A stretch of DNA of 52,117 bases from Enterobacter phage Phc. The notes under the pieces are model-generated. The model saw only the letters and a list, made by a program, of their open reading frames with translations, was not told the origin of the DNA and ran no database searches. The first letter of the stretch is position 1. Each line of letters begins with the position of its first letter. The position numbers and the translations under genes were made by a program. The DNA lies in sequence record MZ669808.1; one strand, 5' to 3'. This document shows positions 19,004 through 29,201 of this stretch, piece after piece.

Positions 19004-19759
19004 ATGACACCAAATATCAGTGAGAGGTTTGTTAACTGTTTGCAAAAGCTTTACCCTGGGGAAATCTTGACTCTCGTTGAGGTTGATGGTACGCGCTTTG
19101 GTGCGCAGGTATACCGATTCCACAACGAGAATATCCAGTTCACCCAAGAGGAGTTATTGCTCGCAACATCGACGGGGAGTTTGCCGGAGAAAGTGATCCG
19201 GTTCAACGGTAACGAGTACGGCGGCAGACCGTTCGGTCTTTCGGGTTTCACGATGTCGAGCGACGGCGCGCCGGACAAACCTCAACTCACCTTGTCCAAT
19301 ATTGACTCGCAGGTTTCAGCGCTAATCCGATCCTACAATGGCATGATGCAAGCCAAGGTCACAATCTGGATTATCGTTCGAGATCTGCTTAAACCGGATT
19401 GGACTGTTGACGAGGGGGATTTCCGTAAGCTGGTCTACTACATCGAGCGCCCCAATTACTGCGATCACACTCGCGCAACGTTCGACCTGACCTCTCCATA
19501 TGACATGGACGGAATCATGATTCCTGGTCGCCTATCTCAAAGCGTTTGCTATTGGGCGCAAAGGGGTTGGTACAAGAGCGGAAAGGGATGCATGTACAAC
19601 GGCGAAAACGGATACTTTGACAAAGACGGGAATCAAGTATCAGATCCGTCCCAAGATTTTTGCCCTGGCACCGTTAACGCTTGCCAACTGCGTTACAAAG
19701 ATGGTGAACTTGATTTCGGCGGTTGCGCGGCGGCTTCACTGGTTCGGAGGAGATCATAA
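19004..19759 (+). CDS. minor tail protein L-like
   Basis: Position, 4-Cys pattern (CMYN..CPGTVNACQLR..GGCAA). Confidence 0.8.
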   Translation: MTPNISERFVNCLQKLYPGEILTLVEVDGTRFGAQVYRFHNENIQFTQEELLLATSTGSLPEKVIRFNGNEYGGRPFGLSGFTMSSDGAPDKPQLTLSNIDSQVSALIRSYNGMMQAKVTIWIIVRDLLKPDWTVDEGDFRKLVYYIERPNYCDHTRATFDLTSPYDMDGIMIPGRLSQSVCYWAQRGWYKSGKGCMYNGENGYFDKDGNQVSDPSQDFCPGTVNACQLRYKDGELDFGGCAAASLVRRRS

Positions 19760-20505
19760 TGCTACAGCCAAAAATTAACCTTCACATCTTCCAGCACGCG
19801 AAAGAGGTATACCCTAACGAGTGCGCCGGACTGATTACGCAAAAGTCACGAGTACAGAAGTATCACAGGATCGATAATGTCAGCAAGACGCCGGATGCGC
19901 ACTGCGAACCAGATCCGGCTCAGTATGGCGACGTTGTTGTTTGGGCTGAGGAGAACGGTCACGAGATTATCGGGTTCGTTCACTCTCACACTGGAGATGG
20001 TGCAACGACGTTACCGAGCGCTCACGATCTTTGCATGTGCAACGAGTTCAAGATCCCGTTTGTGATTGTGAGCATTCCAGAGGGGGACTTACGCATCGTG
20101 CAACCGGAATCAATGCCTCTGATTGGTCGCCCCTGGTCGCTGGGTTCATATGACTGCTGGGGGCTGATTATGGCTTTCCACGAAATCCACGGAGTCAAGC
20201 TTAACGATTTCCGACAGCCTTACGAGTGGTGGAAAGAGGGAGAAAACCTCTATCAGGATAACTACCTGGAGGAGGGGTTTATTCCTGTTGATGGTCGCGA
20301 GCCTGTTTTCGGTGATATGATCATATTCCAGCTACAGGCTGACGTATGGAACCATGCAGGTATTTATATTGGTGATAACCAGATCTTACACCACACGTCC
20401 GGAAAGCTTTCACGACGAGATATTTATTCCGGCTGGTATCAACAACACAAAGTAATGATTTGCAGACATAAGGATCTGAAATATGACATCCCTCAAACGT
20501 ATTAA
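19759..20505 (+). CDS. tail assembly protein K-like (Mov34/JAB + NlpC/P60)
   Basis: HSHTGDGATTLPSAHD and YDCWGLIMAF / HAGIYIGDNQILHHTSG motifs. Confidence 0.88.
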   Translation: MLQPKINLHIFQHAKEVYPNECAGLITQKSRVQKYHRIDNVSKTPDAHCEPDPAQYGDVVVWAEENGHEIIGFVHSHTGDGATTLPSAHDLCMCNEFKIPFVIVSIPEGDLRIVQPESMPLIGRPWSLGSYDCWGLIMAFHEIHGVKLNDFRQPYEWWKEGENLYQDNYLEEGFIPVDGREPVFGDMIIFQLQADVWNHAGIYIGDNQILHHTSGKLSRRDIYSGWYQQHKVMICRHKDLKYDIPQTY

Positions 20506-21082
20506 GTTGACCGGATCGCTAGGCAAGCGGTTCGGCGTGTTCCATGAACTTGCTGTTGACTCGTTCACTGAAGGGATTCGAGCGCTTTCCTCCCAGGTTG
20601 AGGGGTTTCGTGAGTTCATGAATAGCGAAATCGGGCAACGAATGCGCTTTGCTCTTTTCGTTGACGGAAAGAACATCGGACTCGCTGACGACTCGGCGTT
20701 TAAGTGCGCCAGGGAAATCAGAATTATTCCGGTTCCAACGGCATCAAAGAGCGGAGGATTGCTCAACGTCGTTATCGGGGCGGCGATTATGGTTGCTGCT
20801 TTCTATACTGGCGGCGCGTCACTTGCGGCAATGGGTGCGCTGTCATCGGCGGCGTTTATGGCTGGCGGCGCAATGGTTCTCGGTGGCGTAACTCAGATGC
20901 TGTCACCGCAGCCAGGCGGCATGGATATGTCTCCGAAGTCAGCGTCAAACACACCGTCTTACGCTTTCGGTGGTGCGGTAAACACCACGGCGGCGGGTTA
21001 TCCTCTTGCCCTGCCATACGGCGAAAGGACTAACGGCGGCGCGGTCTGGTCGGCTGGTACTTACGCCGAAGATATCGCGTAA
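20483..21082 (+). CDS. tail assembly protein I-like
   Basis: Position between K and J, glycine/alanine-rich TM region. Confidence 0.8.
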   Translation: MTSLKRIKLTGSLGKRFGVFHELAVDSFTEGIRALSSQVEGFREFMNSEIGQRMRFALFVDGKNIGLADDSAFKCAREIRIIPVPTASKSGGLLNVVIGAAIMVAAFYTGGASLAAMGALSSAAFMAGGAMVLGGVTQMLSPQPGGMDMSPKSASNTPSYAFGGAVNTTAAGYPLALPYGERTNGGAVWSAGTYAEDIA

Positions 21083-21091
21083 CAACTCAAG

Positions 21092-21119
21092 GCTCCCTAT
21101 AGCATAGGGGGCTTTTTTT
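21092..21119 (+). terminator. terminator GCTCCCTAT-agc-ATAGGGGGC-T7
   Basis: 9-bp stem (one G.T) plus T-run; a TATAAT follows at 21123-21128. Confidence 0.85.
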
Positions 21120-21155
21120 GTTTATAATGGGCGCTCTATTAACGGAGGGTCAAAC

Positions 21156-24100
21156 ATGGCTAAAATTATTTCAGCCCGCAAGGGCGGAGGAAGCAAGCCG
21201 CACCAGCCGCGAGAGATGGATGACAACCTAATCTCACGCGATAAAATCAAGATTCTGCTTGCATTATCAGACGGCGAAGTAGATGACGGGTTTACCCTGA
21301 AAGATCTGCTTTTTGATGACGTTCCAGTTGTTGCCGCAGACGGCACAGAGAACTATCAAAACGTCAGGGCTGAGTTTCGTTACGGAACTCAAACTCAATC
21401 CTACATCCCAGGCTTTACCGAATCCAACAACGAGATCACCGTTCAGAGAGATGTCTCAACTGAAACCCCTTACGTCATCAGCGTGACCAACCAGGTATTG
21501 AGCGCCATCCGTGTAAGGATGATGACCGATCGAATCGCTCACACCAAGGATAACGGTGACACTGTAGGCTGGCATGTTGAATACCGATTTGATATGGCTG
21601 TCAATGGCGGTGCGTATGAGGAAGTAACGCGTACTGTTTTCGACGGGAAGAACACAAGCGGGTATGACCGTTCGATCAGAATTAACTTGCCGGAGAATTA
21701 CCAGCAGGTTCTGATCCGAGTTGTTCGACTGACGGCAGACGACAACACCGACAGGACTCAAAGCAAGTTCAGGGTTCAAAGCTACAGCGAAGTAATCGAC
21801 GCTAAGTTTCGCTACCCACTGACGGCGCTCCTGTTTGTTGAGTTCGATTCTGACCTTTTCCCGAACCAGTTACCGACAATCTCAGTTCGCAAAAAGTGGA
21901 AAAAGATTCAAGTCCCTGTGAACTACGATCCGGTAGCAAGAACTTACTCCGGCTCCTGGAATGGCATGTTTAAAACGGCCTGGTCGAATAACCCAGCTTG
22001 GGTCTTGTATGACCTGATCATGAGTCAGCGTTACGGACTCGACCAGAAAGAGTTAGGAATTGACGTCGACAAGTGGAGCCTTTACGAAGTTGCTCAATAC
22101 TGCGATCAGATGGTTCCGGATGGTCACGGCGGTCAAGAACCTCGTTACCTTTGCGATATGGTTGTTCAGTCACAAGTTGAGGCTTACCGCCTGATTCGTG
22201 ATGTGTGCTCTATTTTCCGTGGGATGTCGTTCTATAACGGCGAGAGCCTCTCAATCGTAATCGACAAGCCGCGAGATCCGGTTTACTTGTTCACGAATGA
22301 TAACGTTGTTGATGGTGCATTTGCTCGCGTGTTTGCGTCAGAAAAAAGCATGTACACAAGCGTTAACGTCATGTTTGATGATCGTGAAAACATGTACAAC
22401 CAGGACGTTGAGCCAGTGTTTGATAATGAGGCGTCGCGTCGATTCGGTAACAACCCGACAGACATCACAGCGATCGGATGCACACGACGCAGCGAGGCTA
22501 ACCGTAGAGGGCGCTGGATTATCAAGACCAACCTTCTGAGCACCACGGTAAACTTTGCCACTGGCCTGGAAGGTATGATCCCAATGATAGGGGATGTGAT
22601 TGCGGTTGCTGATAACCATTGGCAACACAACATCGTTTATAACCTATCGGGGCGCTTGATGGAGGTTTCAGGTGTTCAGGTGTTCACCTCATTCCGAGTT
22701 GACGCAAGACCAGGAGATTTCATCATCGTTAACAGGCCGGACGGAAAGCCGCAGAAGCGAACCATCTCGCGAGTATCGTCTGACGGTAAAACGATAACGC
22801 TAAACGTTGGTTTTGGGTTTGCGGTTCAGCCTGACGCCGTGTTTGCAATTGAGCGCTCGGATCTGGCGTTTGAGCAATACGTTGTGACCAAGATCGAGAA
22901 GGGCGACGGAGATGAGGAATTTGTTCACCGCATCACCGCTATCGAATACGATCCGACGAAATACGACGCGATTGACTACGGCGTTGTGATTGACCAAAGG
23001 CCGACGAGTATTGTTGATCCTGATCATCTGAAAGCGCCGGAGAACGTTAAGATCTCATCATTCTCCAGGATTGTGCAGGGAATGAGCGTTGAAACAATGG
23101 TTGTCAACTGGTCGAAAGTTCAGTATGCAAACCGTTATGAAATGCAATGGCGAAAAGACAATGGCAACTGGAACAACACTCCGCAGACGGCAGCTACCGA
23201 GATTGACGTTGAGGGGATTTACGCTGGGGTTTACGAGGTAAGGGTTCGCGCAGTATCGGCGGCGGGTAATGTCTCTCCATGGTCTGACGTTACGGTTAAA
23301 TCCCTGACTGGTAAAACCGGCAAGCCCAACAAGCCGATCAATCTCACGGCTACGGATGACGAGGTTTTCGGTATTCGCGTTAAATGGGGTATGCCTGACG
23401 GTTCAGGTGATACAGCTTACATTGAGTTGCAGCAAGCGCCTGACGACAACGCGGGAGGCTTTAACCCTGACGCGGCAAATTTGGTTAGCATGGTTCCTTA
23501 TCCGCAACGCGAATACTGGCACAGCGTTTTACCGAGCGGGTTCGTTAACTGGTATCGCGTGCGATCTGTTGACCGTATCGGTAACGTGTCGGATTGGACT
23601 GATTTTGTAAGGGGTATGGCTACCGATGACGTAGACAAGATTGGCGAAGTTGTCAAGATTGAGTTTGAGGAAACGGAAGGATTCAAAGAGCTTGTTAAAA
23701 CCGTTGACGAGTTGATTGGTCAGATGGACGAGCAGAGTCAGGAACTAGAGGAAACTGGCAACACCATGAAGGACTACGGCGCGAAGTTACGCGCACAGGC
23801 CGAGGCTGATATTGAGAACGCACTAGCGAACAATACAGACGTTATCCGGATGACTAAAGAGAACGGCAAGCGCAAAGCAGAGTTCAGGTTTGCGGTTAAC
23901 CTGGTAGCTACAGAGAGCGAGGCGCGAGCCGAGGCAATCACCAAACTATCAGCGCAGTTCGACGAGGAAATCGGCGCGGCGGTCACGAGAATGGATCAGG
24001 CAATCGCGAAAGAGGGTGAAGCGCGAGCGAAAGCAATCGCAGATCTGAAAGCGCAGATTGACGACGAGGTTGTTGCTCAGATTACTACCGTTCAGGAAGC

Positions 24101-25076
24101 ATTGGCGAAGGAAACCGAGACTCGCGTAACGCAGTACCAGGAAATGTCTGCTCGCATGGGTAAAGCCGAGGGCAACATTACCAATAACGCAACGGCTATC
24201 GTGACAGAGAAAGATGCGAGGGTTCAGCAGTACAACCAACTCAACTCTAAGATCGACACGAATCAGGGCAGCACGAACGCAAGTATCGGCAGACTTGATC
24301 AGGCGATCACGGATGAGAAAAACGCAAGGGCGCAGCAGTACACGCAGTTGAACGCTAAAATCGACACCAACAAAGGGACGATGGACGCGGAGGTTAGACG
24401 ACTTGATAAGGCGATCGTTGATGAACGTAACGCTAGGTCAACGGCTATCACTCAAGTTACAGCCAAGGCTGACACAGCGCAGAGCACAGCTAATACCGCA
24501 AACGGAAAGGCTGACACGGCAAACGGAACCGCAAACAACGCGCTTAACAAAGCTAACCAGGCTGACGGAAAGGCAAACCAAGCGATTGCTACAGCAAGTC
24601 AGAAGGTTGACTCTTGGGTTAGTGAGAACGGCAGTATTGGGGCGTCTTACAGCGTTGCGCTTGGTGTTAAAAGGGCTGGCGTTAGTCATAATGCTGGATT
24701 CATGATATCGCTTGAGGGTACGGCGGCGGCTCCAAAAGCAAGATGTTTTTGGGATGTGGACTCATTCGCAATTGGGAGGGTTTCAGGAGGTAAAATCAGT
24801 TCAATGCCATTCTTTGTGGAAGGTAACTCGGTTTACATGCAAAACGCGTTTATCAAGAACGGTAGCATTGACAACGCCAAGATCGGATCGTTCATTCAGT
24901 CGAACAACTACGTTGCAAACTCGGCAGGGTGGAGGCTTGACAAAAACGGAACTTTCGTTAACTTTGGTTCAACGGCTAACGAAGGGTCTATGAAACAAGA
25001 CAACCAAACGATCACGGTTCGTGACAAAAACGGAAGGGTGAGAGTTCAGATTGGACGAATCACGGGCGTGTGGTAA
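21156..25076 (+). CDS. central tail fibre / host specificity protein J-like
   Basis: 1306 aa, lambda J-like position, FnIII-like segment, coiled-coil TAN/KAD repeats in C-terminal region. Confidence 0.92.
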   Translation: MAKIISARKGGGSKPHQPREMDDNLISRDKIKILLALSDGEVDDGFTLKDLLFDDVPVVAADGTENYQNVRAEFRYGTQTQSYIPGFTESNNEITVQRDVSTETPYVISVTNQVLSAIRVRMMTDRIAHTKDNGDTVGWHVEYRFDMAVNGGAYEEVTRTVFDGKNTSGYDRSIRINLPENYQQVLIRVVRLTADDNTDRTQSKFRVQSYSEVIDAKFRYPLTALLFVEFDSDLFPNQLPTISVRKKWKKIQVPVNYDPVARTYSGSWNGMFKTAWSNNPAWVLYDLIMSQRYGLDQKELGIDVDKWSLYEVAQYCDQMVPDGHGGQEPRYLCDMVVQSQVEAYRLIRDVCSIFRGMSFYNGESLSIVIDKPRDPVYLFTNDNVVDGAFARVFASEKSMYTSVNVMFDDRENMYNQDVEPVFDNEASRRFGNNPTDITAIGCTRRSEANRRGRWIIKTNLLSTTVNFATGLEGMIPMIGDVIAVADNHWQHNIVYNLSGRLMEVSGVQVFTSFRVDARPGDFIIVNRPDGKPQKRTISRVSSDGKTITLNVGFGFAVQPDAVFAIERSDLAFEQYVVTKIEKGDGDEEFVHRITAIEYDPTKYDAIDYGVVIDQRPTSIVDPDHLKAPENVKISSFSRIVQGMSVETMVVNWSKVQYANRYEMQWRKDNGNWNNTPQTAATEIDVEGIYAGVYEVRVRAVSAAGNVSPWSDVTVKSLTGKTGKPNKPINLTATDDEVFGIRVKWGMPDGSGDTAYIELQQAPDDNAGGFNPDAANLVSMVPYPQREYWHSVLPSGFVNWYRVRSVDRIGNVSDWTDFVRGMATDDVDKIGEVVKIEFEETEGFKELVKTVDELIGQMDEQSQELEETGNTMKDYGAKLRAQAEADIENALANNTDVIRMTKENGKRKAEFRFAVNLVATESEARAEAITKLSAQFDEEIGAAVTRMDQAIAKEGEARAKAIADLKAQIDDEVVAQITTVQEALAKETETRVTQYQEMSARMGKAEGNITNNATAIVTEKDARVQQYNQLNSKIDTNQGSTNASIGRLDQAITDEKNARAQQYTQLNAKIDTNKGTMDAEVRRLDKAIVDERNARSTAITQVTAKADTAQSTANTANGKADTANGTANNALNKANQADGKANQAIATASQKVDSWVSENGSIGASYSVALGVKRAGVSHNAGFMISLEGTAAAPKARCFWDVDSFAIGRVSGGKISSMPFFVEGNSVYMQNAFIKNGSIDNAKIGSFIQSNNYVANSAGWRLDKNGTFVNFGSTANEGSMKQDNQTITVRDKNGRVRVQIGRITGVW

Positions 25077-25080
25077 TATC

Positions 25081-25102
25081 AAGGGGCAGCAATGCCCCTT
25101 TT
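25081..25102 (+). terminator. terminator AAGGGGC-agcaat-GCCCCTTTT
   Basis: inverted repeat plus T-run. Confidence 0.85.
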
Positions 25103-25123
25103 ACTATTGAGGAGATTAATTAT

Positions 25124-25438
25124 ATGGCTGAATACGGCGTAGCAACGTGGGACGGTAATGGAAAAGCTAACAACTACGGCATAAAGCCAGTTAGCGTAAG
25201 CGGATCTTTGTCTCTATCCAGCGGTCAAAAATCAGGGTCTTACTCCGTGAGTGTCCCCCCAGGATGCAAGCTAACATACTTCCAAGTGTCAAATGACTCA
25301 AACTACACAACTCAGAGGAGGAAGATAAACATATCAGGCGGCAGCGTCACTATAACTGGGGTTTCTGATACTGACTATTCGGCAAACACAGAGCCAGCAA
25401 TAGCGGCTTTTTTAATATTTCAGATAGAGGCGGCTTAA
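25124..25438 (+). CDS. hypothetical tail-associated protein
   Basis: MAEYGVATWDGNGKANNYG...; GGAG SD. Confidence 0.7.
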   Translation: MAEYGVATWDGNGKANNYGIKPVSVSGSLSLSSGQKSGSYSVSVPPGCKLTYFQVSNDSNYTTQRRKINISGGSVTITGVSDTDYSANTEPAIAAFLIFQIEAA

Positions 25439-25439
25439 C

Positions 25440-26105
25440 ATGGCTGATTACGGCGTACTTTTGGCAACGACTAACGGCGGGGTGTGGGTTACACCTGAGA
25501 GCACACCGATAGCACTACAAGCAAAAAAGACAGCGACACTTCAGGCAACTTCAGGATTTAACGTGAAAATATCTCACACCTTTCCCGCAGGGAAACCAGT
25601 AATTCCTTTCGTTCATGTTACTGCTGAGTGCGAGATAACTTCATCAATAAGTGGCAATGTTATAACCATTGATTTCCTTAGGCCTACAGCCAATGGTGTT
25701 GCTGAGGTGTACTTCTTTAGTATATTCCCCCAAGCCAAACCTCAATACGGTTTAGCTGTTTGGGATGCGTCTGGTGTTTTAGTTCTAACAAATGAAACCA
25801 GAACGCTTACAGATGTTGAGAGGATTGGAACACCAGGGGCGGAAAGTTCAGGTTACAACATAAATGTAACAAGATCCGGAAAGTGGGCTTGCATACCTGG
25901 AATGCTTGGATTGATAACAGGAGTAATATCAACTGGTATGCCAAGGCCGTACCAGGCAATATACAAAACAATAGCATTAAGGGAGGGGGCGAACACAAGG
26001 ATAAAAGCTAGACCTCAAGCAGCCCCAGGGGGTCCGATCCAAAACGTGATGTACAGCAACATGAGAAATTCCATAATGGCAATAAATGTTGCTAACTATG
26101 ATTAA
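25440..26105 (+). CDS. hypothetical tail-associated protein (related N-terminus MADYGV to preceding ORF)
   Basis: ORF; PQYGLAVWDASGVLVLTNETRTLTD. Confidence 0.75.
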   Translation: MADYGVLLATTNGGVWVTPESTPIALQAKKTATLQATSGFNVKISHTFPAGKPVIPFVHVTAECEITSSISGNVITIDFLRPTANGVAEVYFFSIFPQAKPQYGLAVWDASGVLVLTNETRTLTDVERIGTPGAESSGYNINVTRSGKWACIPGMLGLITGVISTGMPRPYQAIYKTIALREGANTRIKARPQAAPGGPIQNVMYSNMRNSIMAINVANYD

Positions 26106-26126
26106 GCGCCTGACGGCGCTTTTTTT
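26105..26126 (+). terminator. terminator AGCGCC-tgac-GGCGCTTTTTTT
   Basis: inverted repeat plus T-run. Confidence 0.88.
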
Positions 26127-26142
26127 GTTTCTTACTCAATGG

Positions 26143-26169
26143 TACAATGGCGTTTAGCAAAAAGTGCTA
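26143..26169 (+). promoter_or_regulatory. Promoter E (tail fibre): TACAAT then inverted operator TAGCAAAAAGTGCTA 26155-26169
   Basis: -10 at 26143-26148; operator family member in reverse orientation covering the expected start site. Confidence 0.75.
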
Positions 26170-26191
26170 TTCATAACATGAGGGCTTGACA

Positions 26192-27988
26192 ATGGCAATT
26201 TATAGAAAAGGTGAGGCATCGCTGGCGGCTGACGGAACCGTAACCGGATACGGAACCAACTGGAAAGATCAGCTTGCTCTGGTTCGAATTGGGGCGACTG
26301 TCGTATTCCTGAATGGTAACGCAATTGGCGCTATCGGTACGGTATCAGCTATCGTTTCTGAAACTCAACTGCAAACCATTCAGACAGACGGTGCTGTTGT
26401 TGCTCGCGGTAAGTATTTCATCCTCCTGCACGACTCTCTGACAGTTGACGGCCTAGCGCAGAACGTGGCTGAAACACTACGTTACTATCAGTCTCAGGAA
26501 ACTGAGATCGCCGAGGCTATGGATTATTTCAAAACGTTCGATTGGGAGAAATTTGAGTCCATCGCCAAGGGTGTTAAAACTAACGCTGAGGCGGCGAAAG
26601 TTTCAGAGACCAATGCTAAGGCTAGCGAGGCGAACGCAAAGCAGAGCGAGAATGCCTCGTCCTCAAGCAAGAATGCGGCGGCTGCTTCTCAGGCGGCAGC
26701 TAAAACCTCTGAGACAAACGCTAAAGCCTCTGAGACCAATGCCAAGGCAAGCGAGAATGCAGCAGCGGGTAGCAAAGCGGCGGCGGCTGGATCTGCAACT
26801 GACGCGGCAGCATCAAAGACTGCGGCAGCTGCTTCCCAGGTTGCGGCTAAGACCAGTGAGACTAACTCAAAGTCATCTGAGACAAACGCAAAGTCTAGCG
26901 AAAACTCAGCACTGCAAAGCAAGAATGCGGCGGCTGGTTCAGCAGCTGCGGCTAAAACCTCAGAGACTAACGCCAAATCCTCAGAGACAAAGGCAAAGAC
27001 TTCTGAAACAAACTCAGCCGGATCTGCTGCAACCGCAACGAGCGAGGCAGACAGGGCAAAGCGTGAGGCAGATCGCGCTGCTGCTGCAAACCCTGATAAC
27101 TCACTACTGAAAGCGAACAACCTTAGTGACGTTCCAGATAAAGCAAAGGCAAGAAATAACCTTGGTCTTGGTAACAGTTCCACTAGAGATGTAGATAATC
27201 AGCTAGCTCCTACTGGTTCATATTTCAACGGAGCTGCTGTCATGGCTCAGATTCACAGTGATTACAGGAACTTGGGTGGATACGATCGTATATCAAATTA
27301 TCCACTTGGAATGACATTCGGCATTCAGCTTGGTGGTAATTCGTGGGGTGGTGGTAGTGGTGTCGACACTTACACAGGAATGCTAACTCTTCGTGGATGG
27401 CATGATACTTCTGGTGGAGGTTATGTGTCATGGCAGTTAGCTTCAACCTCTCAGGGTTTAAAGTATCGCCAGGGAAATGGTGCCATTCAGGGTTTCTCGA
27501 ACGAAGGATTTACACAGGCTCACACGATTTATTCTACTCAGAACACAACAAAAACAAGTGATGGAACGATAAAGACAGCATCACCGATAGTTAAGATTTT
27601 TTCAGATGGATCTTTTGAAACAAACCAAGAATCAGAAGGATGTACAGTAAGGAGAATTAAGGATGGCGAGTACTTGGTTGAAGGATGTATGGGTATGAAC
27701 TCGGATGCTGCTTGGGGTGGAATTGATGGTGGATTTGATTTACCAAAAGATCGAAATGGTCAGTCTCTAATATGGCTTGATTATGATGTTAACCCAGATG
27801 GATCAGTTCTGGTTAAGACATTCCACCGAGAGTACCCTCTCGCTCCTGAATTTGCAAGGAACCATATAGAAGGAGTTGTTGATGGTGATCCAGTTGATGT
27901 TCCAGAATATCAGTTTGTGTCAGTCAGGGTAAACATGCCTAACAACACAAAATGCATTGGATTTGATGATTTACTTACTGTCAATTGA
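26192..27988 (+). CDS. side tail fibre / receptor-binding protein
   Basis: N-terminal AIYRKGEASLAADGTVTGYGTNWKDQ, SETNAKASENAA repeats, variable C-terminal domain. Confidence 0.88.
   Translation: MAIYRKGEASLAADGTVTGYGTNWKDQLALVRIGATVVFLNGNAIGAIGTVSAIVSETQLQTIQTDGAVVARGKYFILLHDSLTVDGLAQNVAETLRYYQSQETEIAEAMDYFKTFDWEKFESIAKGVKTNAEAAKVSETNAKASEANAKQSENASSSSKNAAAASQAAAKTSETNAKASETNAKASENAAAGSKAAAAGSATDAAASKTAAAASQVAAKTSETNSKSSETNAKSSENSALQSKNAAAGSAAAAKTSETNAKSSETKAKTSETNSAGSAATATSEADRAKREADRAAAANPDNSLLKANNLSDVPDKAKARNNLGLGNSSTRDVDNQLAPTGSYFNGAAVMAQIHSDYRNLGGYDRISNYPLGMTFGIQLGGNSWGGGSGVDTYTGMLTLRGWHDTSGGGYVSWQLASTSQGLKYRQGNGAIQGFSNEGFTQAHTIYSTQNTTKTSDGTIKTASPIVKIFSDGSFETNQESEGCTVRRIKDGEYLVEGCMGMNSDAAWGGIDGGFDLPKDRNGQSLIWLDYDVNPDGSVLVKTFHREYPLAPEFARNHIEGVVDGDPVDVPEYQFVSVRVNMPNNTKCIGFDDLLTVN
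26604..27060 (+). repeat. Degenerate tandem coding repeats (ACSETNAKxSE-type) in tail fibre gene
   Basis: Repeated GCTAAAACCTCTGAGACAAACGCTAAAGCC-like units. Confidence 0.85.
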
Positions 27989-28017
27989 TTTTTTCTTGTA
28001 AAATTTATCTGTTAATG

Positions 28018-28052
28018 TAAAAAAAACCCCGCGATAGGCGGGGCTTTTTTTT
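28018..28052. terminator. bidirectional terminator AAAAACCCCGC...GCGGGGCTTTTTTTT between convergent genes
   Basis: strong stem with A-run and T-run either side. Confidence 0.9.
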
Positions 28053-28485
28053 AGAATGGGATATCGTCGTCGAAGTCCATCGGCGGATTGCTTTGTGGCT
28101 TAGGCTTGCTTTGTTGCTGTCGCGGTTGCTGGTTGCCTTGTGGCTGCTGAGGCTCACCCCATCCGCCTTGTTGCTGCTGTGATCGCTGGCTGTAAATAAG
28201 CTGCGCGAATCCGGCAGGTTGTAACGTTACATAGGTTGTCCCGTTATGCTCGCGAACGTTCGCCTTTAACTGATCGCACTGCACAGAGATGGTCTTGCCA
28301 AGCTGGAATGCGTCACGATACCAGCTCATTAGTCCATCGGTCTTGGCGTTGAAAAAGAACGTGTAGTTAGTATACTCGCGTGTTCCTTCGCGGTTTTTGT
28401 AAGACTCGCTCAACTCGACGATGAACGTCGTTTCGTTGTGGATGCGCGGCTCTTTGCGGATCTCTCCGGTAATGATATGAGGCAT
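28051..28485 (-). CDS. single-stranded DNA-binding protein
   Basis: Gln-rich linker and acidic C-terminal tip MDFDDDIPF, recombination-gene context. Confidence 0.85.
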   Translation of the reverse strand: MPHIITGEIRKEPRIHNETTFIVELSESYKNREGTREYTNYTFFFNAKTDGLMSWYRDAFQLGKTISVQCDQLKANVREHNGTTYVTLQPAGFAQLIYSQRSQQQQGGWGEPQQPQGNQQPRQQQSKPKPQSNPPMDFDDDIPF

Positions 28486-28529
28486 GGTTAACTCCTGATT
28501 GGTTGGCGGGTTTCCCCGCCTATTTTGAT

Positions 28530-29201
28530 TTAGTCGAAACTCTCAATGTTTTGAGGTTCGGGTTGTTTCTTTGTTTCAGGTTCGGATTTTACCTCATCCT
28601 TACCCTTGTTGACAGCTTTCTTTTGAACGGCAGTAAACCCGCCGCCAGCGCCAACAGTCAAAGAAGCTTTGCACTTCTCATAGTGTTCCTGGATGATCGG
28701 CTTGTCGATTGGGTTCGATGCACCCCATGCCTTTTTAAACTGCTCTGCAAGATCTTCCATGCTTTCGCACTTATCGAGGCGCTTTTTCCAATCTCTTGCA
28801 CTCATCACGGCAATTTGTGCGTCATCGTCTGCCTGAGACAATCCAAGCGCGGCAACCAGGCCATAACGACGGGCGTAAGTGAATGCCGATCCCATGCCTT
28901 GAGGGTCAGCCTTAACTACTGGAAGAACCGCAAGGTAAGATATGAATTGACCGGATACGTGTCTAATCGTCGTTATTACGCGAATCTCTTTGCTGTTGCT
29001 CTCCTCGGTCATTGACTGCTCGATCATGAGCATCTCGCTCTCAAGCGGCGGTGTTACTGTGTCAAGGACACTATCAAGGGTTGCATATTTACCCTTGCCA
29101 GCGCCGCCGTTAACCTTATCTTTCAGAACCTTTACGAACTTCTGACGCGCTCGGAAGATTGCCGGAAATAATTCATTGGTCGCATTTGATTGCATTTTCA
29201 T
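28530..29201 (-). CDS. ERF-family ssDNA annealing recombinase
   Basis: GKYATLDSVLDTVTPPLESEMLMIEQSM...VRVITTIRHVSGQFISYLAVLP...AFTYARRYGLVAALGL. Confidence 0.88.
   Translation of the reverse strand: MKMQSNATNELFPAIFRARQKFVKVLKDKVNGGAGKGKYATLDSVLDTVTPPLESEMLMIEQSMTEESNSKEIRVITTIRHVSGQFISYLAVLPVVKADPQGMGSAFTYARRYGLVAALGLSQADDDAQIAVMSARDWKKRLDKCESMEDLAEQFKKAWGASNPIDKPIIQEHYEKCKASLTVGAGGGFTAVQKKAVNKGKDEVKSEPETKKQPEPQNIESFD

Noticed and set aside
26553-27183. Overlapping ORFs 26553..27110 (+) and 26689..27183 (-) inside the tail fibre gene
   Set aside because: Open only because the coding repeats lack stops in all frames; low-complexity R/Q/L or A/S composition.
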